From the NCBI GenBank assembly GCA_027068085.1, contig JAMOUQ010000022.1:23907-87906 (forward strand): 64,000 nucleotides of DNA. The letters are read 5' to 3'. Shown here piece by piece: positions 9,824 through 19,122 of the stretch. The notes under the pieces are model-generated. The model worked only from the letters and a program-made list of their open reading frames with translations, ran no database searches and was not told the origin of the DNA. Both the position numbers and the translations under genes were made by a program. This DNA is from Desulfobacteraceae bacterium (GTDB lineage: Bacteria; Desulfobacterota; Desulfobacteria; Desulfobacterales; Desulfosarcinaceae). Every line of letters starts with the position of its first letter. The stretch's first letter is position 1.

Positions 9824-10832
9824 GAAGATTGAAAGCCCTGCCAGCCTGCCGGAGTCCCTTGTTTGCGATACGGCTGCCAACGGATGGAAGGCCGACGCCC
9901 GCCGGGCACGGGCCTTCAGCACGGCAGAGCTGGAAAGACTATTTGGCGCACTGCCGGGTAGCCTGGACCGGATCTACAATGCCTGTCTGGGAAGGGAGCC
10001 CTTGCGCTACCGATCCCTTACAGGCAGACAGCGGGATGAGTTGCTGCTTGAAATCGTGCAGACTGTCTTTGCTGAGGATCTCGAAGGTTGCGGAAGTCAT
10101 CGCCAGTCTCAATGGGAAAAAGGCTGGACATGGAATCTGGAGTATTTCGTTGCCAGCCGCTACCGCTTGGAGGCCCTTGTCCCGCGGTATTACAAACCCA
10201 TGGTACCTTTCCGTTTCGACGGCGATCTTTACATGGCTGCAAGCCGGCACCTGGTACGCAAAGTGACCGAGGTGTTCCGCACCTGGCTGTTTGAGCGCTT
10301 TTTCCCGGAGGTAAAAGACATCTTCGAATTCGGGTGCGGTTCGGGCTTTCACGTGGCACGGCTGGCGCAGCTGTTTCCTGAAAAGGAAGTTTGCGGCTAC
10401 GACTGGACCTCTGCCAGCTGCCGGATAATCGAGCTGCTGCGCAGGGAAAAGGGCCTCAGGGTTGCGGGAGGACATTTCGATTTTTACAACCCCGACAAAG
10501 ATGTGCCGGTGGAATCGTCGTCCGGAGTGCTGACCTTCGGTGCCCTGGAGCAGGTTGGGAAGAACTTTGAGCCTTTCCTGGAATTTTTGCTGCAAAAAAG
10601 GCCGGCTGTCTGCGTCCACGTAGAATGCATCGCCGAGTTCTACGATCCGTCCCGGCTGCTCGATTACCTGGCTCTGGCTTACCATAACCGCAGAAATTAC
10701 CTGGAAGGTTTCTGGACGGCATTGAAGAAACTTGAAGAAGAGAACAGGATACAAATACTTGCCTATCATCACCAACGTTTTGGCAATATTTACAACGACA
10801 GCCATTCCTATGTGGTCTGGCGGCCGCTTTGA
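9807..10832 (+). CDS. class I SAM-dependent methyltransferase
   Basis: DIFEFGCGSGFHVARL SAM-binding motif. ATG at 9807 is chosen over the ORF-track start at 9789. Confidence 0.6.
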   Translation: MQSLNRKIESPASLPESLVCDTAANGWKADARRARAFSTAELERLFGALPGSLDRIYNACLGREPLRYRSLTGRQRDELLLEIVQTVFAEDLEGCGSHRQSQWEKGWTWNLEYFVASRYRLEALVPRYYKPMVPFRFDGDLYMAASRHLVRKVTEVFRTWLFERFFPEVKDIFEFGCGSGFHVARLAQLFPEKEVCGYDWTSASCRIIELLRREKGLRVAGGHFDFYNPDKDVPVESSSGVLTFGALEQVGKNFEPFLEFLLQKRPAVCVHVECIAEFYDPSRLLDYLALAYHNRRNYLEGFWTALKKLEEENRIQILAYHHQRFGNIYNDSHSYVVWRPL

Positions 10833-10853
10833 TGGAAAGAAGATGGTGTCCTG

Positions 10854-11894
10854 ATGATGTTTTCTGAAAAAGATAAAATAGAATCACAGCCTCTGGTTTC
10901 GATAATCTGCTTTTGCAAGAATGCTGCTGGCACCATCGGACGGGCCATCGAAAGCATCCTGGCCCAGGATTATCCCAACATCCAGGTTGTCGTCCAGGAC
11001 GGAAATTCCACCGACGGGACATTGGAGATTCTGAAATCCTATGGCAGCAGAATCGAGCTTGTTTCAGAACCGGACCATGGGCCAGGCGATGCCATGTTCC
11101 GGGCCCTTGCCCGTGTAAGGGGAGAGTTCTTCGGTTCCTGTCTGGCAGACGAACAACTGCTGCCCCATGCGGTTGCATGGGCCGTTGAAAATCTCCGCCG
11201 GCGGCCGGATGCCGGTGGAATCTACGGAGACAACTATTTACTGGACACCAACGGGACTATCATCGGCCTTGTCAGGCCTGGTCCATGGGATTTTGGCAAG
11301 TTCATGCGTTCAGAATTCATGCCCACGTTTTGTGCTGCTTTTTTCAGAACTGCCTGCTACCTGGAAGTCGGCCCAAGGCACTACAGTGGTTGCGGCGAAT
11401 TCGAATTTTGGCTGAGGTTGGGAGCCCATTTCCCAATCTACTACCTTTCTGAGATTGTGGCTGGATACGGGTTGAGCAGGCAGCAGTTGAGTCAGCAAAT
11501 TGACGACTTGCATCTTCAGGCCAAGTCACGCAAACAGGCCCTGGAAAGCTTGTTCAGCCACTTAGTTCCAGGTTCTCAATATGCTCATGAGCGTTCGAGC
11601 GCAATGGCCGGTGTGGATGTGTGGCTGACAGAGTATTATGCAAAGTGTGGAGCATGGAACCTGGCTGTTGAGGCATTTCGGCGGGCGGCATCCACTATGT
11701 GCCGGTCTCGCCGTATGGTCAGGGTGGGCAGGTTGATCGTCGGGCATGGAATAGGACTGGCCAAAGCCGGTAAATTTTTCCAGGCTCGCGAATTTCTTCG
11801 GCTTCCGCTTGAATTTCCGGCTTCGTTTCCTGAACTGGTTCCCCTGCTGAAAACAATAGAAAGCCGGAAGGTTCCAGCGGGGGAGTTAACGTGA
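10854..11894 (+). CDS. glycosyltransferase family 2
   Basis: 346 aa. VSIICFCKNAAGTIGRAIESILAQDYPNIQVVVQDGNSTDGT, typical GT-A/GT2 N-terminus. Confidence 0.8.
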   Translation: MMFSEKDKIESQPLVSIICFCKNAAGTIGRAIESILAQDYPNIQVVVQDGNSTDGTLEILKSYGSRIELVSEPDHGPGDAMFRALARVRGEFFGSCLADEQLLPHAVAWAVENLRRRPDAGGIYGDNYLLDTNGTIIGLVRPGPWDFGKFMRSEFMPTFCAAFFRTACYLEVGPRHYSGCGEFEFWLRLGAHFPIYYLSEIVAGYGLSRQQLSQQIDDLHLQAKSRKQALESLFSHLVPGSQYAHERSSAMAGVDVWLTEYYAKCGAWNLAVEAFRRAASTMCRSRRMVRVGRLIVGHGIGLAKAGKFFQAREFLRLPLEFPASFPELVPLLKTIESRKVPAGELT

Positions 11895-14800
11895 AAATTG
11901 CGATGAATAATTGTTCGGCTGTAGACATAAAAGGTACGCAGCAGGTCCGTTGTCTGGTTTTTCTGCGTACCGATTCCATCGGCGACAGCCTGCTGTCCGA
12001 ACCGATGATCGAACATATCTACCAATTCTTCGGCCGCCCGCGGATAATCGTGGTTTGCCAGCAGGCCAGCGCGCCCCTGTACCGGCGAAATCCATGGGTG
12101 GCCGGGGTGATTGAGATTCCCAACGAGCACAAATGGGAAAACGCGGAAAAGTATGGTCAGTTTATCAGACAGCTGAAAGCCGAAAAGCCTGACATGCTGC
12201 TGAACCCAACTTACAGTGTTCATGAAATCTCCGATCTTCCCGGCCTGGATTTCATCCCCCGCAGGGTGGCTTTCCGCAACAGTTGCCTGGCTACCTATAC
12301 CCACCTGCTGGACCCCGGCCCGGAGAAGATGCCCGAGCTGAAACGGCACGCGAGATTCCTGGAACAGGTGGGCATGGATCCCGTCCCGGAGATACTTCCG
12401 CGAATGGTTGTGCCGGACGAAGATATGGGCTGGGCCGGAAATTTTTTTGAAAGGCACGAGCTAGATCCGGGCAAGACGATAATACTGTTTGCCTCGTCCA
12501 GGGTTGCCATCAAGGACTACAGGCACTGGGGAGAAGTTCTGGAGCCTGTTTGCCGGAAATACGGATCAAAGGTGGTTGCCCTGGGAGCAGAGAAAGACCG
12601 TGAGTTCGCCGATCTCCAGCTTGCTCCTCTCAGGGAAGGCGGAATCAATGCCTGCGGCCGCACGAGCCTTTTCCAGGCGGCGGCCCTGATCAAACAGGCG
12701 GCCCTGGCAGCAGGCTGCGATACCTCCCTTGCTCACATTGCCTGCGCGGTGGGAACGCCGAACGTGGTCGTGGCCGGCGGCGGTCATCCGGGCCGATTTC
12801 TGCCCTACAGCCCCTTGACGTCGGTGGTTTGCCGGCCCCTGGACTGTTTTGACTGCCGGTGGAAGTGCAAATATTCGCGTCCCCATTGCCTGGAAGATAT
12901 TGCGCCGCGGCTCGTGGGCCAGGCTGTCGAGGACAACCTGACAGAAAAGAGCCGTGAAAGGCCCAGAATCTACTTCCCGGCACCGGACAAAGACCATGCC
13001 GGCGGCAAGCCCTGCCCGGTGGAATGCAAGGCCGTTTTGCCCGACGGTCTCGATGTGGAGCTGGTGAGACTGGAAGGCCGGCCCAAGCTGGAGCGCCAGT
13101 GTGAAAAAAGACCGGCTGTAGAGGAAAAGCGCCGGGTCGAGCCTGCGCCGGTTTCAAGGCCGGGCCGGCATGAATTGCCCCTGATATCGGTGGTAACGGC
13201 TTGCCTGAACCAGGCCGGGTTTATCGAAGATTGTATGCGCTCGGTGCTGGACCAGGATTATCCTTACATCGAGTATATTGTCATGGACGGGGCAAGCAGC
13301 GACGGTTCGGCGGAGATCATCAAGAAATACTCCCACAGGCTGGCCTACTGGCAAAGCAGACCGGACGGAGGCCAGTACGCCGCCATCATGGAAGGCTTCC
13401 GGCATGCCCGGGGACAAATAATGACCTGGCTCAACGCCGATGACGTGTTTTATCCCGGTACATTTTCAGCCGTGGCAGCGGTTTTCGTCAAGCGCCCGCA
13501 GGTCGAATGGATCACCGGTCTTCCCAATTCCCTTAACCCGGATGGGAAAGAGGTCTTTGTCCTGCCAAGCCTGCCCCTGTGGTCCCGCAGCCGCTACCTC
13601 GAAAAGAAATACTTCACGCCTTTCATCCAGCAGGAGGGCACCTTCTGGCGCCGCAGCTTGTGGGACAAGGCCGGTGGGTATTTGCGCCATGACATGGAGA
13701 TGGCCGCCGACCTGGAGTTGTGGACCCGGTTTTTCCGCCACGCCCTGCTGCACAGCGTCGATTTTACCCTGGCTCTTTTTCGCCAGCATCCGGGCCAGAA
13801 GACCGACAACAACATGCACCTGTATTTCCGGGAAGCAGAGAACATCCTCAACGCGGAAATCGAGCGCCAGAACAAAGAGAGCCTGCCCCTGCCGCCGGCT
13901 CCCGTGCCCATAAGCTACGATCAGGTGCAATCCTATCTTGCAGAAACGGGTCTGCATAATCCAAGGTGTGACGCCGCTGAAAGATGTCCGCCGACAGGTT
14001 TGAAACGCACCGATGGCGATGGTGCGGCCGGGGCAGAGGTCGTGCCCGAAGGCTCCCAGTCGCCGGAGGCAAAAGACGGCGGGATCCTGGTTTCGGCCCT
14101 GGTTTCCACCTGCAACGCCGAGCGGTTCATCGAGGGCTGCCTGGAGGATCTGCTCCGTCAGACCATTGCCGGCCGCCTGGAGATCATCGTCGTCGACAGC
14201 GGCTCGCGCCAGGACGAGGCCCGGATAGTGAAGCGTTACCAGCAACACCATGCCGACATCCGCTATCTCAGAACCGAGCAGCGCGAAAGCGTATACCAGG
14301 CCTGGAACAGGGCCCTTGGGCTGGCCCGGGGCAGATATGTCACAAACGCCAACACCGACGACCGCCACCGGCGCGATGCCTTCGAGCAGATGGTGAAGGT
14401 GCTGGAGGACAATCAAGAGATTGCTCTTGTCTATGCCGACGTGCTGGTGACCGACAGGCCGTGTGCCGGTTTTGACGACTGCCGGCCGACCGGTTTTTTG
14501 CGCTGGTATGACTGGGACCGTCAGCTTTTGCTGGACAAGGGATGTTTTATCGGCCCCCAGCCCATGTGGCGGCGCAAGATGCACGAGTTTTTCGGCCTGT
14601 TCGACACCAGTTACAAGGTAGCCGCTGACTACGAGTTCTGGCTGCGGATATCCCAGGTGTTCGATTTCCATCACCTGGATCGTCCCATGGGAGTGTATCT
14701 TGAACGGGACGACAGTGTCGAGCATGCCAATACAGAACTCAAAAGACGGGAAGAACTGCTGATCGTTGAAAAATACAGGCAAGCCCGGGCCCGGCGCGTA

Positions 14801-16516
14801 TTGCTGGGATGCCCGCTTTTGAAGGGATTGGCTGCCAACGAGCAACCATCCCTTGGTGAAGTTGAAGAAAAATTGTTCATGTTGAGGCAGATGGCTGAAC
14901 TTGCCAACTGCTCAACGCCGTCACTGGCCGTGCTTGAAAGGCTGGCAGACCGGAAGATGGCGTCGGGCCCCCGGTGGCGGGCGGCATTGAGACAGACAGA
15001 GATTGAACTTTTGAAGGGAGGCAAGCAAATGTACTCAGAAAAAGAACTACTGGAAGGAATCGAGGCCATGACCGGCGCCGGGAAGACGGAGGCTGCCAGG
15101 TGGGCCCTGGAAAAGATGATCCAGGATTGTCCCGGCAGTGCCGTTGCCCATTTCAACCTGGCGGTGCTGGCATTCGACGCCAAGGACATGGAACAGGCCC
15201 GGGAGAGCTTTGAAACGGCGGCATCCCTGGCAGCGGACAATTTTGTCATCCAGAAGCAGCTGGCCGATTTTTACTACGTGGGCGCCGGCGATCCTGAAAA
15301 AGCCCTGGAACAGTATGGGATTGCCGTCAGGCTGAAACCCGACGACCGGGAAACCCTGATTACCATGGCTCACCTGAACGTGTCCCTGGAGCGTTTCGAC
15401 CAGGCCCGGCAGTACTACCTCAAGGCCCTGGAACTGGAGCCGGACAACCACGAGCTGCGCCAGATCCTGGCCAAGCTCGAAGGCAGGTCACGGGCCGGTA
15501 ACAGGGCCGCTCAATGCCCTTCGTCAGCTCAGGGTCCGGAACAGCTCTACAAGCAGGCCCGGGAGAAGATCGGGGCCGGAAGAAGGGACGAGGCTTTTGC
15601 GATCCTTGAGAGAATCACCAGGGAATATCCGGAATTTGCACCGGCCCACAATGATCTGGGGGTGTTGTCCTATGAGGCGGGAGACAAGGAGGCCGCCCGT
15701 GATTATTACCGGAAAGCTGTCGAGCTGGCGCCTGAAAGCCCCATTTTCCACAAGAACCTGGCCGATTTCTACCTGCTGGAAGACGGGCAGGTGAAAGAGG
15801 CCATGGAGCATTATCTGCGGGCCATGACACTGGATCCGACAGACATCGAAACCCTGATGGCAACCGGCAACGTCTGCCTGATGATGAACAAGGCCGAGGA
15901 TGCGTGTACGTTCTTCGAGCGGGTTCTCGAAATGGAGCCCTGGCACGAGGAGGCCCGCCGCCTGCTGGACCGGTGCGCCCGGCAGCCGGAGCGAGAACAA
16001 ATCGGGCAGCCGGCCCGGGACGTTCACAACAGCGGGGAAGAACAGGTAACCGAAGAGCCGCAGCTGAATGCGGCCATAGCTTCCCTGGAGCAAAAGCTGA
16101 GCCGTTTTCCCGACGATGCCACGGCCCACAACGACCTTGGTGTTTTATACTATGAAGCCGGCCGCAAGGAACAGGCCCTGGAACACTACCAGAAAGCAGT
16201 CCGGCTCGCACCTCACCAGGCGACTTTCAGGAAGAATCTTGCCGATTACTACTTCATGGAGCTGAATCAGCCCCGGAAGGCGATGGAGATCTACACCGAT
16301 CTGCTGAAAAACGATCCGCGTGACGCAGAAACCCTGGCGGCCCTTGGCCAGATGTGCCGCATGATGGGCAAATACGACGACGCGCGCCAGTTTCTGGGGC
16401 GGGCGCTCGAGCTGGAGCCCGGCAATCAGAATCTGCTCCGGGCGGTAAATCAGCTTGAGGACCAGGTGGCGGCCATGGCCGGACAGGGATCCGGAATAAG
16501 GCTGGCAGCCTCGTGA
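11891..16516 (+). CDS. 1541-aa multidomain glycosyltransferase: GT9 (heptosyltransferase-like) + GT2 + GT2 + C-terminal TPR array
   Basis: GTG start overlaps the upstream stop (GTGA). GT9: FLRTDSIGDSLLSEPMIEHI ... GCDTSLAHIACAVGTPNVVV. GT2 no.1: ISVVTACLNQAGFIEDCMRSVLDQDYPYIEYIVMDGASSDGS. GT2 no.2: VSALVSTCNAERFIEGCLEDLL...IIVVDSGSRQDE. TPRs begin at about 15030. Confidence 0.85.
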   Translation: MKIAMNNCSAVDIKGTQQVRCLVFLRTDSIGDSLLSEPMIEHIYQFFGRPRIIVVCQQASAPLYRRNPWVAGVIEIPNEHKWENAEKYGQFIRQLKAEKPDMLLNPTYSVHEISDLPGLDFIPRRVAFRNSCLATYTHLLDPGPEKMPELKRHARFLEQVGMDPVPEILPRMVVPDEDMGWAGNFFERHELDPGKTIILFASSRVAIKDYRHWGEVLEPVCRKYGSKVVALGAEKDREFADLQLAPLREGGINACGRTSLFQAAALIKQAALAAGCDTSLAHIACAVGTPNVVVAGGGHPGRFLPYSPLTSVVCRPLDCFDCRWKCKYSRPHCLEDIAPRLVGQAVEDNLTEKSRERPRIYFPAPDKDHAGGKPCPVECKAVLPDGLDVELVRLEGRPKLERQCEKRPAVEEKRRVEPAPVSRPGRHELPLISVVTACLNQAGFIEDCMRSVLDQDYPYIEYIVMDGASSDGSAEIIKKYSHRLAYWQSRPDGGQYAAIMEGFRHARGQIMTWLNADDVFYPGTFSAVAAVFVKRPQVEWITGLPNSLNPDGKEVFVLPSLPLWSRSRYLEKKYFTPFIQQEGTFWRRSLWDKAGGYLRHDMEMAADLELWTRFFRHALLHSVDFTLALFRQHPGQKTDNNMHLYFREAENILNAEIERQNKESLPLPPAPVPISYDQVQSYLAETGLHNPRCDAAERCPPTGLKRTDGDGAAGAEVVPEGSQSPEAKDGGILVSALVSTCNAERFIEGCLEDLLRQTIAGRLEIIVVDSGSRQDEARIVKRYQQHHADIRYLRTEQRESVYQAWNRALGLARGRYVTNANTDDRHRRDAFEQMVKVLEDNQEIALVYADVLVTDRPCAGFDDCRPTGFLRWYDWDRQLLLDKGCFIGPQPMWRRKMHEFFGLFDTSYKVAADYEFWLRISQVFDFHHLDRPMGVYLERDDSVEHANTELKRREELLIVEKYRQARARRVLLGCPLLKGLAANEQPSLGEVEEKLFMLRQMAELANCSTPSLAVLERLADRKMASGPRWRAALRQTEIELLKGGKQMYSEKELLEGIEAMTGAGKTEAARWALEKMIQDCPGSAVAHFNLAVLAFDAKDMEQARESFETAASLAADNFVIQKQLADFYYVGAGDPEKALEQYGIAVRLKPDDRETLITMAHLNVSLERFDQARQYYLKALELEPDNHELRQILAKLEGRSRAGNRAAQCPSSAQGPEQLYKQAREKIGAGRRDEAFAILERITREYPEFAPAHNDLGVLSYEAGDKEAARDYYRKAVELAPESPIFHKNLADFYLLEDGQVKEAMEHYLRAMTLDPTDIETLMATGNVCLMMNKAEDACTFFERVLEMEPWHEEARRLLDRCARQPEREQIGQPARDVHNSGEEQVTEEPQLNAAIASLEQKLSRFPDDATAHNDLGVLYYEAGRKEQALEHYQKAVRLAPHQATFRKNLADYYFMELNQPRKAMEIYTDLLKNDPRDAETLAALGQMCRMMGKYDDARQFLGRALELEPGNQNLLRAVNQLEDQVAAMAGQGSGIRLAAS

Positions 16517-18099
16517 CCGCTAAAAGGCCAAACCGGCCGAAGGAAAAGACGATGGACTCGGGATTCGATCGATACGCCCGGCGGCTGCTGGCTGATGAAG
16601 GCGGCCCGGAACTGGTAGGGGAGTTTCTCGACCTGGCAGTCAGGAAAAACCGGGCTACAGAGGGTGAAGCCGTCCTGGCAAAGCTGGCTGCGCGCCTGCC
16701 CGGCGACGACCGCATCCTGGGCGCCCGGGTGGCCCTGCTGCTGCAGGCGGGTCTGCCGGACAGGGCGATGGCCTTGATCCGCCGGCGCCTTGCGCGGGCA
16801 AGGGCCGACGATGACTTCCTGCAGGGGGCTTTGGCCGTCCGTGACATGATTTCCGGCAGGCAGAGGCAGCCGGCTTCAGATCCGGCCGACCGGATCTGCC
16901 TTTGCATGATAGTAAAAAACGAAGCCCTCAACCTGGCCCGCTGCCTGAACAACGTGCTGGAAATGGTCGATGAAATAGTCGTTGTGGACACAGGCTCCGA
17001 GGATGAAACCCCCGCTATCGCCAGGATTTTCGGGGCCCGGGTGTTGCGGTTTAAATGGTGTGACGATTTTTCGGCAGCCCGCAATTACGGACTGGCCGCG
17101 GCTGCCTCTGCCTGGATACTTGTCCTGGATGCCGATGAACTGATTGCCTCCCGGGACCTGTCGGTGCTGCGCAGGCTGGTGGAGCAGGCCCGGGGACGCA
17201 ACCCGGCCTACAGCCTGATGACCCGCAACTATACGCCCCTGGCCAACGTGGTGGGGTGGCGGGCCAACGACGGCCGTTATCCCGGCCTGGAGGCCGGCTG
17301 CGGATGGTTTCCCAGCTGGAAGGTGCGTCTTTTCAGGAAAGCGCCCGGAATCGAGTTCAGGTTTCCGGTCCACGAAAGGGTCGATCCGTCCCTGAAGGAA
17401 GCCGGAGTGACCATCGAGAAGACCGAGGTGGTGATCCATCATTACGGAAACCTGGATGCGGCCGGGTCGTCAGCCAAGGCTGAAAAATACTACCGCCTGG
17501 CACTGGCCAAGCTGGAGACCCTCCGCCGGGACCCGGCGGCCCTGAGGGAGCTTGCCGTCCAGGCCGGGCAGCTCGAAAAATGGGACCAGGCCGTAGAGCT
17601 CTGGAATGCTTTTTTGAAGCTGCGCCCCGACTGGGCCGAAGCCTGGGTCAACCTTGCCGGCGCCCATTGGCAACTGGGCAACTATCGGCAGACTGCGGAT
17701 CTGGCCGGAAGGGCCCTGGCTCTGGACAATGACTGCAAAGAGGCTTTTTTCAACCAGGCACTGGGGCTCTTGATGCAGGCCAAGCCGGCCAAGGCCCTGG
17801 CGATCCTCGAACCTCTGGCAAAGAGACATCCCGGGTACCTGGCAGCCGAGTTTCAGCTGGCCGTTTGCCTGGCCGCCGCCGGAAGAAAAGAAGCCGCCCG
17901 CACGGCGGCCGAAGAGCTTGCCGGCCGGATCGGCAAAGACGTCTGGAATGCCGCCATAGGTGATCTGGCCGGACGGATGCGGGCAGCAGGCCTGGAAAAG
18001 ATGGCCCGGGCGGTTATGGAACTTGAGTTTACAAAAGAAGCAAGGGGACTTTCATGCCATGCAGACCGGACTGGACAGTTTTCTGGAATGCCGGCCTGA
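16513..18099 (+). CDS. GT2 glycosyltransferase with C-terminal TPR domain (GmaR-like architecture)
   Basis: ICLCMIVKNEALNLARCLNNV...IVVVDTGSEDETPAIA...DDFSAARN, then TPRs (WAEAWVNLAGAHWQLGNY...). GTG at 16513 overlaps the upstream stop; an alternative ATG lies at 16552. Confidence 0.8.
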   Translation: MTAKRPNRPKEKTMDSGFDRYARRLLADEGGPELVGEFLDLAVRKNRATEGEAVLAKLAARLPGDDRILGARVALLLQAGLPDRAMALIRRRLARARADDDFLQGALAVRDMISGRQRQPASDPADRICLCMIVKNEALNLARCLNNVLEMVDEIVVVDTGSEDETPAIARIFGARVLRFKWCDDFSAARNYGLAAAASAWILVLDADELIASRDLSVLRRLVEQARGRNPAYSLMTRNYTPLANVVGWRANDGRYPGLEAGCGWFPSWKVRLFRKAPGIEFRFPVHERVDPSLKEAGVTIEKTEVVIHHYGNLDAAGSSAKAEKYYRLALAKLETLRRDPAALRELAVQAGQLEKWDQAVELWNAFLKLRPDWAEAWVNLAGAHWQLGNYRQTADLAGRALALDNDCKEAFFNQALGLLMQAKPAKALAILEPLAKRHPGYLAAEFQLAVCLAAAGRKEAARTAAEELAGRIGKDVWNAAIGDLAGRMRAAGLEKMARAVMELEFTKEARGLSCHADRTGQFSGMPA

Positions 18100-19117
18100 C
18101 CAGGGAAAGCTGGTAAGGCTCAAGGGGGTCAGCGCCCCTGATACCGGCCCGCCCTGGGTGGCGGTGCTCAGACAGGCGTGCCTGATAGGTCCGCTTACGG
18201 TCTATGCCGCACCAGGCTCCCGTCTGCATGCCCTGAACCTGGAAGACGGCACGGTTATCGCCGATTTTGCCAGCGGTCCCAAATTCGCCCCGGCCTGGGA
18301 CAGTTTCAGGCAGGAGGCCGTCAGTGTGCGCAGGGGCAGCTACCTGGCCCTGCACAACTACCGTTCTTACAACTTCTGGCACTGGACCATGGAGAGCCTG
18401 ATCAAGCTGATGGAGGCCGAAATGGCCGGGTTCACGGGCAAGCTCATCGTACCGGCCAGTCTTCCCCAAAACCGTTTCGTGGCCGAGTCCCTGGACCTGC
18501 TGGGAATCGCTCCAGAAAGGATTTTGCCCTATGACGGAAAGGCCTGGTGGGTGGAAGAACTTTTCGTTCCGCGGCCCATAGACGGATATTCCCGCCTGAG
18601 GTGGTACCCGGGCCTGTTTTTCAGGCTGCGCCGCAGGCTGCTGGCAGGAGCCGATGTGAGCGGTCCGCCCCTGAGGCTTTATATATCACGGAGCCGGGCC
18701 GACGAAGGCCGCCGGATAATCAACGAGGACGAACTGGTGGGGATGCTGGAGAATTTCGGTTTTCAGACGGTGATCATGGAAAACCTTCCTCTTCATGGCC
18801 AGATAAGCCTGGCGGCAAGGGCCGGCTGCCTGATAGGGCCCCACGGAGCCGGTATGACCCATAGCTTTTTCATGCCCCGCGCTTCTCTCGTGCTGGAGCT
18901 GTTTCCCCAGCAATACGTCAATCCCTGCATTCTGCCCGTGGCCGACCTTCTGGGTCATCGCTATTTCATGTATCCCAGCGCAAACTTCAAAGACGATGGT
19001 AAAAACGACATCGAGGCCCTGGTCTATGCCGTGGAGCTTACCCTGCGGCGTGAGCTGTCCGGAGCGCGGCTCCGGCGGGCCGATTTTTCAGGCCGGTTTT
19101 GCCGGGCCGTTGGTTGA
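18059..19117 (+). CDS. GT61/DUF563-like glycosyltransferase
   Basis: NFWHWTMESL and LIGPHGAGMTHSFFM motifs typical of the DUF563 (GT61) family. ATG at 18059 is chosen over the ORF-track start at 17960. Confidence 0.65.
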   Translation: MQTGLDSFLECRPDQGKLVRLKGVSAPDTGPPWVAVLRQACLIGPLTVYAAPGSRLHALNLEDGTVIADFASGPKFAPAWDSFRQEAVSVRRGSYLALHNYRSYNFWHWTMESLIKLMEAEMAGFTGKLIVPASLPQNRFVAESLDLLGIAPERILPYDGKAWWVEELFVPRPIDGYSRLRWYPGLFFRLRRRLLAGADVSGPPLRLYISRSRADEGRRIINEDELVGMLENFGFQTVIMENLPLHGQISLAARAGCLIGPHGAGMTHSFFMPRASLVLELFPQQYVNPCILPVADLLGHRYFMYPSANFKDDGKNDIEALVYAVELTLRRELSGARLRRADFSGRFCRAVG

Positions 19118-19122
19118 AGAAG

